Source: Synechocystis sp. PCC 6803 substr. PCC-P (GTDB lineage Bacteria > Cyanobacteriota > Cyanobacteriia > Cyanobacteriales > Microcystaceae). From it: 32,000 nt of DNA. The stretch spans positions 930,001 through 962,000 of the forward strand of contig NC_017039.1 in assembly GCF_000284455.1 (NCBI RefSeq), given 5' to 3'. The position numbers were made by a program, and so were the translations under genes. Within the stretch, counting starts at the first letter, position 1. Every line of letters begins with the position of its first letter. A model generated the notes under the pieces. That model did not search any database, was not told where the DNA came from, and saw only the letters and a program-made list of their open reading frames with translations. Shown piece after piece: positions 26,060 through 32,000 of this stretch.

Positions 26060-26371
26060 ATGCCCCAGGCCGTTGGCGTGATACAGACCCTTGGCTTTCC
26101 CTCCGTTTTGGCCGCTGCCGATGCCATGCTCAAGGGCGGTAGGGTGACCCTGGTGTACTATGACTTGGCCGAGAGGGGGAATTTTGTGGTGGCGATACGG
26201 GGCCCAGTATCAGAGGTGAATCTGTCAATGAAGATGGGTCTAGCGGCGGTCAATGAGTCTGTTATGGGGGGAGAAATTGTCAGCCACTATATTGTGCCCA
26301 ATCCACCCGAAAATGTACTGGCAGTTTTGCCGGTGGAATACACAGAAAAAGTCGCTCGCTTCCGCACCTGA
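26060..26371 (+). CDS. ccmK3: Carboxysome shell protein CcmK3 (BMC-H domain)
   Basis: 103 aa ORF. The BMC domain begins AVGVIQTLGFPSVLAAADAMLKGGRVTLV. It is paired with ccmK4 in the satellite locus. Confidence 0.9.
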   Translation: MPQAVGVIQTLGFPSVLAAADAMLKGGRVTLVYYDLAERGNFVVAIRGPVSEVNLSMKMGLAAVNESVMGGEIVSHYIVPNPPENVLAVLPVEYTEKVARFRT

Positions 26372-26529
26372 GGTAGACTTTCCCGCCCTCGTAGTCCGAT
26401 GTACACCACTTAGCCTATAGTTGACCATGGGATTCTTGCTAATTCCCACCCCGACTAGTCGTTAAGTCGAAGGTTTGGGTTTTATTTATCTGTCCTTTAG
26501 TTTTTGCCGCCACTGTCAAGGAGAACAAT

Positions 26530-26868
26530 ATGTCCGCCCAATCCGCCGTCGGTTCCATTGAAACCATTGGTTTTCCCGGTATTCTTGCCGCTGCTGATGC
26601 CATGGTTAAGGCCGGTAGGATTACCATTGTGGGCTATATTCGGGCGGGGAGTGCTCGCTTCACCCTTAATATTCGTGGGGATGTGCAGGAAGTGAAAACT
26701 GCCATGGCTGCTGGTATTGATGCCATTAACCGAACTGAAGGGGCAGACGTGAAAACCTGGGTGATTATTCCCCGACCCCATGAAAACGTAGTGGCAGTTC
26801 TGCCCATCGATTTTAGTCCTGAAGTGGAGCCTTTCCGGGAAGCAGCAGAAGGTTTAAATCGTCGTTAA
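26530..26868 (+). CDS. ccmK4: Carboxysome shell protein CcmK4 (BMC-H domain)
   Basis: 112 aa ORF. The BMC domain begins AVGSIETIGFPGILAAADAMVKAGRITIVGY. AAGGAGAA lies 4 nt upstream of the ATG. Confidence 0.92.
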   Translation: MSAQSAVGSIETIGFPGILAAADAMVKAGRITIVGYIRAGSARFTLNIRGDVQEVKTAMAAGIDAINRTEGADVKTWVIIPRPHENVVAVLPIDFSPEVEPFREAAEGLNRR

Positions 26869-26927
26869 TTTTTTTGTTGGGAAACTGAGAGGCATAGACG
26901 AGATAAGGTGGGTTACTGAATTCCCCA

Positions 26928-28043
26928 ATGCGTCAAATTTTGATTGCACCAGACTCTTTTAAGGGGACTCTTTCCGCTGGTGAGGTTTGCCAGATTGCTC
27001 TAGATGTTTTAGCGCCGGAATTTGACTGTGTTGCCCATCCCCTAGCCGACGGCGGTGAAGGAACCCTAGAGGCGATCGCCAACAATCTCGACGGCCAATG
27101 GCAGACAGTGAGAGTACAGGGGCCATTACCGGATCAAACGGTTGATGCTTGTTATTTATGGTTACCCCAAGAGGAGACAGCAGTCATTGAAATGGCCCGA
27201 GCCAGCGGTTTGCCTCTGGTACCCGTCGGGGAACATAATCCGGAAATTGCTACCAGCTACGGCACAGGGGAATTAATCACCCACGCTGCCCGACGGGGAG
27301 CAAAACAAATTCAATTGGCGATCGGCGGCTCTGCTACCAATGACGCAGGTTTAGGTTTACTAATGGCATTGGGTTGGCAGTTCTTAGATTCTCAAGGTCA
27401 GTCCGTCGGTTGGGGAGGGCAAGCCCTGGGTAAAGTTGCCGAAATTATTCCTCCAGTCTTAAATGCTTTTCCTCAGGTAACCGTTTTATGCGATGTGACC
27501 AATCCTTTTTATGGTGCTAATGGGGCTGCCCAGGTCTATGCTCCGCAAAAAGGGGCAGATCCAGCTATGGTTCAACGCTTGGATCAGGGTTTGCGTCATT
27601 TTGCCCGAGTAGTACGGGAGTTTGATGGCTTTGAAATCAATTTTCCTCGGGCCGGGGCCGCTGGGGGAATGGGAGGGGGCGTGGCCTGGGCATTGGAGAC
27701 AAAGATAGAATCAGGTTTTACGGCGATCGCCAAATTGACCCAGTTGGAACAGGCCATGGCTGGATGCGATCTAGTGATTACCGGAGAAGGTTGCTTCGAT
27801 CATCAATCCCCACAGGGTAAGGTGGTGGGAGGTGTTCTTGAGCTAGCGAAAAAAATCAATAAACCGGCGATCATCGTAGCGGGACAATGCCAATTAAGTC
27901 AGACAGTTTTACCTAACGTGCTCAAAATTTTTAGCCTAGTGGGGCCGGATATGCCCCTAGAAAAAGCTTTACAACATCCTCAAACAGCCCTGAAAAAAAG
28001 ATTGGTTCAAGTGAAACAATACTTAATCCAAAGTCAAAACTGA
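26928..28043 (+). CDS. glxK: Glycerate kinase, class I (GlxK/GarK family)
   Basis: 371 aa ORF. It has the family N-terminus ILIAPDSFKGTLSA and the blocks ADGGEGT and LVITGEGCFDHQS. Confidence 0.85.
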   Translation: MRQILIAPDSFKGTLSAGEVCQIALDVLAPEFDCVAHPLADGGEGTLEAIANNLDGQWQTVRVQGPLPDQTVDACYLWLPQEETAVIEMARASGLPLVPVGEHNPEIATSYGTGELITHAARRGAKQIQLAIGGSATNDAGLGLLMALGWQFLDSQGQSVGWGGQALGKVAEIIPPVLNAFPQVTVLCDVTNPFYGANGAAQVYAPQKGADPAMVQRLDQGLRHFARVVREFDGFEINFPRAGAAGGMGGGVAWALETKIESGFTAIAKLTQLEQAMAGCDLVITGEGCFDHQSPQGKVVGGVLELAKKINKPAIIVAGQCQLSQTVLPNVLKIFSLVGPDMPLEKALQHPQTALKKRLVQVKQYLIQSQN

Positions 28044-28391
28044 GTTCAGACAAATGCTCCATCATTACGCCGGGAACTATGGCCGGCCTAAAAACTGGCC
28101 CTGCCCCTAGCCATCACCAAAATAGCAACTATAATCTGTTATTAACCATCAACATCATCGTTCCGTGAGCAGAAGCTGTAGGCGGTTTTTCTTTACCAAC
28201 ACTGATTGTGGTCCTGGCTCCCTGAGCTAGCCCGCAAAACAGACCAATGGCCTTGCTTAGCCTAGCATCTACCATGAATCTAAAGAAAATTGTCAACTTC
28301 TCCCACTCTTTCGAAAAAAACGTGTACAATGTGTTACTGAGTATAGGACTTGGTTCCCGTAGTCATTATTAGGTGTGAGGAAAAGCTAAAA

Positions 28392-30284
28392 ATGCTTAAA
28401 CTATCTTGGAAGTCCCTGTTAGTGAGCCCTGCTGTGATCGGTGCCGCCCTTGTGGCTGGTGCTGCTAGTGCTGCTCCCGACAACGTTACGAATGCTCAAG
28501 TTTTAGACCAATTAGACCAATACACTGCCGAAGGTCAGTCTTCTGCCATTGATCAAGTAACCAGCGTTAGCGAACTCCGCGATGTGCAACCCACTGCCTG
28601 GGCCTATGAAGCGCTCAAGAGCTTGGTGGAACGCTACGGTTGTATCGTTGGTTACCCTGACCGTACCTTCCGTGGTGATCGAGCCCTCAGCCGTTGGGAA
28701 TTTGCCGCTGGTCTTAACGCCTGTATGAACGTTATGGAACGTTTGATTCAGGAAAACGTGGCTGTTCTCCGGGAGGACATCGACAAACTGAAACGCCTCA
28801 TGCAGGAATTCGAGGCAGAATTGGCTGCTTTGGGTGCTCGGGTTGATAACCTCGAAGCCCGCACCTCTTTCCTCGAAGACCATCAGTTTTCTACCACCAC
28901 CAAATTGACCGGGGAAGTAATATTTGCTCCCACCGCCATTTTTGGTACCAAAAAGACTCTCAACAACCAAACCGATAACAACCAAGCGGTATTCCAGAAC
29001 CGGGTTCGTTTACAGTTCAACACCAGCTTCTCCGGTGAAGACCTGTTGGTCACTCGTCTCGCCGCTGGTAACGGTAATCGCTTCAAGAGCTTCTATCCTA
29101 CTCAGAATGTTATTGATCCCGAGACCGGTAACCCCATCGGTATTGTAGGTGACTACTATGAAAGCCCCACCTTTACCCAGGTGCACCAGCTTTCCCCCGG
29201 CGACAACAACAACGTAGCCGTTGACTGGTTAGCTTACTATGTTCCCTTGGATCTGGGCGAAAACTTCCGTCTCAACAACTACATTGCTGCTTGGGGCGGT
29301 ATCTGGGATGACTTCGTTCCTACCCTGAACCCCTATTTCGACGACTACACTGGCGGCAAAGGTTCCTTGAGTCAGTTCACCGCCCAGAACCCCATCTACT
29401 CCATTGGTGGCGGTACTGGTATAGGTACAAGCCTAGAGTTGGGCTTCCTCAGCAATCTGTTGGGCCCCACTTCCTTGAGCTTGGGTTACTTGGCTAGCAC
29501 GGGCAACAACCCCAGCAGTGGTGGTTCTGTTACTAACCCTGCCACTGGCAACAATTATGACTTCAGCAGCGGTGGTAACGGTTTGTTTAACGGTGGCTAT
29601 AGCGCCTTGGCTCAAATTACCACCAACATTTTCGACCGGGTTAGCCTAGGCTTCACCTACGTTAATGCCTACACCACCCCTGATGCCGCTATCTTCGGTA
29701 AAGGTGGCACTCAAGGTATCGTCGGTACCACTGCGGCTAACCTCAACCGTTCTGAGTTGAATGATGACTTTGTGAACGGTTTGGGTGTAGGTGCTCCTCC
29801 TGTGGATGCAGCTACCTACAACAATAATGTGAGCGGCGGTAGCACATCTGGCAACGTTATCAACCCCTATGACTTTGGTGGCAAGCAAACCAACAGCTAT
29901 GGCGTCCAAATGGCTTGGAACATTGCCGATTGGCTGAGCTTCAGTGCCTATGGTAGCTACACCAATGTTACTTTGATTGGTAAAGACAATGGTGATATCT
30001 GGACCTACGGTGGAGGCTTTGCCTTCCCCGACCTTGGTAAAGAAGGTAACGTTCTTGGCATCTTTGCTGGTGTTCAACCCTATGTTTCCGGTTTCACCAA
30101 CAATACTTTGGGAACCACCTTTGTAACCACTGCTAACCCTCTGCAAGTTGAATTGTTCTACAAATATCAACTCACCGACAACCTTTCTATAACTCCTGGT
30201 GTGATCTGGATCTCCAAGCCTGAACAGACCACCAACGCCACCGACGCCTTCATCGGCACCGTCCGTGGTACCTTCACTTTCTAA
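28392..30284 (+). CDS. Outer-membrane porin with an N-terminal SLH domain and an OprB-like beta-barrel (I recall locus slr1841)
   Basis: I prefer ATG 28392 (GAGG at 28377-28380, about 11 nt upstream) over the TTG at 28350. The signal peptide is MLKLSWKSLLVSPAVIGAALVAGAASAAP. The SLH motif is WAYEALKSLVERYGCIVGYPDRTFRGDRALSRWEFAAGL, followed by a coiled coil and a Gly/Asn/Thr-rich barrel ending in a terminal Phe (GTFTF). Confidence 0.9.
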   Translation: MLKLSWKSLLVSPAVIGAALVAGAASAAPDNVTNAQVLDQLDQYTAEGQSSAIDQVTSVSELRDVQPTAWAYEALKSLVERYGCIVGYPDRTFRGDRALSRWEFAAGLNACMNVMERLIQENVAVLREDIDKLKRLMQEFEAELAALGARVDNLEARTSFLEDHQFSTTTKLTGEVIFAPTAIFGTKKTLNNQTDNNQAVFQNRVRLQFNTSFSGEDLLVTRLAAGNGNRFKSFYPTQNVIDPETGNPIGIVGDYYESPTFTQVHQLSPGDNNNVAVDWLAYYVPLDLGENFRLNNYIAAWGGIWDDFVPTLNPYFDDYTGGKGSLSQFTAQNPIYSIGGGTGIGTSLELGFLSNLLGPTSLSLGYLASTGNNPSSGGSVTNPATGNNYDFSSGGNGLFNGGYSALAQITTNIFDRVSLGFTYVNAYTTPDAAIFGKGGTQGIVGTTAANLNRSELNDDFVNGLGVGAPPVDAATYNNNVSGGSTSGNVINPYDFGGKQTNSYGVQMAWNIADWLSFSAYGSYTNVTLIGKDNGDIWTYGGGFAFPDLGKEGNVLGIFAGVQPYVSGFTNNTLGTTFVTTANPLQVELFYKYQLTDNLSITPGVIWISKPEQTTNATDAFIGTVRGTFTF

Positions 30285-30342
30285 GCCTGAGTCCGTCTTC
30301 TTAAGACACTTGTTTGAAAGTTAAACTCTAATAACTCTTTAA

Positions 30343-30365
30343 CCCCGCCTCTGGTGGGGTTTTTC
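30343..30365 (+). terminator. Rho-independent terminator after the porin gene
   Basis: CCCCGCC (30343-30349), loop TCT, then GGTGGGG (30353-30359): a 7-bp stem with one G-U pair, followed by TTTTT. It lies 58 nt after the porin stop. Confidence 0.75.
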
Positions 30366-30410
30366 GTTGTAAGATGCAGGCAGATTTCCCTTCTTGGTGG
30401 GCCCTTACCT

Positions 30411-31349
30411 ATGAAAATTGCCAGTAATATTACAGAGCTAATTGGTCGTACTCCTCTGGTTCGCCTCAATCGCATTCCCCTATTGGAGGGATGTGGGGCC
30501 AAGATTGTAGTCAAGTTGGAGGGGATGAATCCAGCGGCTTCGGTAAAGGACCGCATTGGCATTAATATGATTAACCGGGCAGAACAAGAGGGATTAATTG
30601 AACCAGGGAAGACTCTGCTGATTGAGCCCACTTCTGGTAATACGGGCATTGCCCTTGCCATGGTGGCCGCAGCCAAGGGTTACCAATTAATTTTGACGAT
30701 GCCTGAAACCATGAGCCAAGAACGGCGGGCGATGTTAAAAGCCTATGGAGCAAAACTAGAACTGACCCCGGGGAGTGAAGGGATGGGGGGATGTATTAGA
30801 AGAGCCCAAGAATTGGCTGAGAGTTTGCCAAATGCCTATATGTTGCAACAGTTTGATAATCCGGCTAATCCTCAAATTCATCAACAGACTACGGCATTGG
30901 AAATTTGGCAAGATACCGATGGAGCCATTGATTTCCTCGTGGCGGGGGTTGGCACTGGTGGGACTATTACCGGGGTGGCTTCTGTGTTAAAAGAAAAAAA
31001 ACCTAGCTTTCAGGCGATCGCCGTAGAACCCCAAAATAGCCCAGTCTTATCAGGGGGTAAGCCGGGGCCGCATAAAATTCAAGGTATTGGGGCGGGCTTT
31101 ATTCCCGAAGTGTTAGATGTAAACCTGATTGACGAAGTGATTGCCGTGACCGATGAAGAGGCGATCGCCTACGGTCGTAGATTAGCCAGGGAAGAAGGAA
31201 TATTATCGGGGATTTCCACTGGAGCAGCTCTGGCGGCGGCCATCAAAGTGGCAAAAAGACCTGCCAATAAAGATAAATTGATTGTCATGATCCAACCCAG
31301 TTTTGGGGAAAGATACCTCAGCACCCCCCTATTTCAGGATTTGGAGTAA
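30411..31349 (+). CDS. cysK: Cysteine synthase A (O-acetylserine sulfhydrylase)
   Basis: I prefer ATG 30411 ([19 protein letters not shown], 312 aa) over the GTG at 30354, because the GTG extension would overlap the terminator hairpin. The PLP-lysine motif is NPAASVKDR and the glycine loop is [11 protein letters not shown]. Confidence 0.92.
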   Translation: MKIASNITELIGRTPLVRLNRIPLLEGCGAKIVVKLEGMNPAASVKDRIGINMINRAEQEGLIEPGKTLLIEPTSGNTGIALAMVAAAKGYQLILTMPETMSQERRAMLKAYGAKLELTPGSEGMGGCIRRAQELAESLPNAYMLQQFDNPANPQIHQQTTALEIWQDTDGAIDFLVAGVGTGGTITGVASVLKEKKPSFQAIAVEPQNSPVLSGGKPGPHKIQGIGAGFIPEVLDVNLIDEVIAVTDEEAIAYGRRLAREEGILSGISTGAALAAAIKVAKRPANKDKLIVMIQPSFGERYLSTPLFQDLE

Positions 31350-31455
31350 GAACTGAGAAAGAAATTTTTCCTGAAAACTTTGCCAGAAAAAGAAAACTTT
31401 CGGGAATTGTGAGTTATTTTAAAGCGTAAGTGGCCACACAATACGAGCATTCCCC

Positions 31456-32000
31456 ATGGTAACGCTACTCGAAAATCCCTTCCGCACTGGACTCCGTCAA
31501 GAACGCACTCCAGAACCCCTCATTTTGACCATTTTTGGTGCATCCGGGGACCTTACCCAACGGAAATTGGTGCCAGCCATCTACCAAATGAAACGAGAGC
31601 GCCGCTTGCCTCCAGAGTTAACGGTGGTCGGTTTTGCGAGAAGGGACTGGAGCCACGACCATTTTCGTGAGCAGATGCGTAAGGGCATCGAAGAATTTTC
31701 CACCGGCATTGGCAGTGAAGACCTGTGGAATGAGTTTGCCCAGGGTTTATTCTACTGCTCTGGCAATATGGATGACCCAGAAAGCTATCTCAAATTGAAA
31801 AACTTCCTGGGGGAATTGGATGAAAAACGTAACACCAGAGGCAATCGAGTCTTTTATTTAGCTGTTTCCCCCAACTTCTTTCCCCCGGGTATTAAACAAT
31901 TGGGGGCAGCGGGTATGCTGAGTGACCCGGTTAAAAGTCGCATTGTGATCGAAAAGCCCTTTGGTCGGGATTTGAGTTCAGCCCAAAGCTTGAACCGGGT
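31456..32000 (+). CDS. zwf: Glucose-6-phosphate 1-dehydrogenase, N-terminal part (truncated by the window end)
   Basis: Open from ATG 31456 to the window edge. The sequence begins [38 protein letters not shown], which contains the NADP-binding motif GASGDL, and later reaches [11 protein letters not shown]. It is absent from the ORF track because no stop lies within the window. Confidence 0.9.

Larger units (their letters stand above)
619..31168. repeat. Dispersed HIP1 (highly iterated palindrome 1) octamers GCGATCGC
   Basis: By eye I count at least 32 perfect copies. Their starts are 619, 1064, 1737, 2853, 3067, 4316, 4516, 7660, 9585, 11274, 12835, 15276, 15996, 17263, 17908, 18064, 19307, 19662, 19756, 20267, 21041, 21207, 21828, 22530, 22643, 22981, 23302, 24127, 27072, 27723, 31014 and 31161. 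There are also many one-mismatch variants. About 0.5 copies would be expected by chance for an 8-mer in 32 kb. Confidence 0.95.

Noticed and set aside
26439-26781. Two antisense ORFs (62 aa and 94 aa) over ccmK4.
   Set aside because: They are shadow ORFs of a confidently identified BMC-domain gene.
28129-28329. A 66-aa minus-strand ORF between the glycerate kinase and porin genes.
   Set aside because: It has no SD and an implausible sequence, and it occupies the likely porin promoter and leader region. A TACAAT hexamer at 28325-28330 looks like the porin -10 box.
28350-28391. The TTG-initiated 14-codon N-terminal extension of the porin, and the analogous GTG extension of cysK (30354-30410).
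   Set aside because: The internal ATG codons give canonical N-termini: a signal peptide for the porin, and [16 protein letters not shown] for CysK. The cysK extension would also run through the porin terminator hairpin.
30281-30676. A 131-aa minus-strand ORF overlapping the porin terminator and the cysK 5' region.
   Set aside because: It is antisense to the confident cysK gene and spans a terminator hairpin, so it is probably spurious.
1-32000. A search for mobile elements, integrases, toxin-antitoxin pairs, restriction-modification or other defence genes, and tRNA or rRNA genes.
   Set aside because: No ORF shows transposase, integrase, nuclease or methylase motifs. I saw no terminal inverted repeats flanking any block and no cloverleaf-like RNA gene. 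The window looks like core chromosome rather than an accessory island.

Overview
This window reads as ordinary cyanobacterial chromosome. From memory of the protein sequences and gene order, it matches Synechocystis sp. PCC 6803. I could not run any similarity search, so all identifications rest on motif recognition, recall and synteny. The density of the HIP1 octamer GCGATCGC (at least 32 copies, about one per kb) also fits this lineage. I support 26 protein-coding genes, two of them cut by the window edges, and see no rRNA, tRNA, CRISPR array, transposase or phage genes.

Gene content in window order:
- a partial unknown ORF
- an FtsH-type (M41) peptidase-only membrane protein and a Tic20-like protein
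- a plant-type 2Fe-2S ferredoxin
- class III PHA synthase phaE-phaC
- a zinc-ribbon membrane protein
- the inducible CO2-uptake operon ndhF3-ndhD3-cupA-cupS on the minus strand
- a Nudix-like protein
- psaA-psaB, with HLR1-type upstream elements
- a minus-strand five-gene operon: three glycosyltransferases, a fused ABC exporter and an APH-fold kinase
- the OmpR-type regulator manR
- pdhB
- ccmK3-ccmK4
- class I glycerate kinase
- an SLH/OprB-type porin
- cysK
- the 5' part of zwf

Most of this is well-studied core photosynthesis and carbon metabolism, so I do not claim a dramatic novel system. The least understood and most checkable candidates are:
1. the tightly coupled glycosyltransferase / ABC exporter / kinase operon (16777-23353), probably an uncharacterised glycoconjugate synthesis and export module
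2. the Tic20-like plus ATPase-less FtsH-peptidase gene pair (403-1644)
3. the zinc-ribbon membrane gene trailing the CO2-uptake operon
4. a roughly 650 bp AT-rich, HIP1-free intergenic region (23354-24006)
5. several small sequence elements: a 17-bp tandem repeat, a G9 tract inside a promoter-like spacer, spacer hairpins, and a convergent gene overlap
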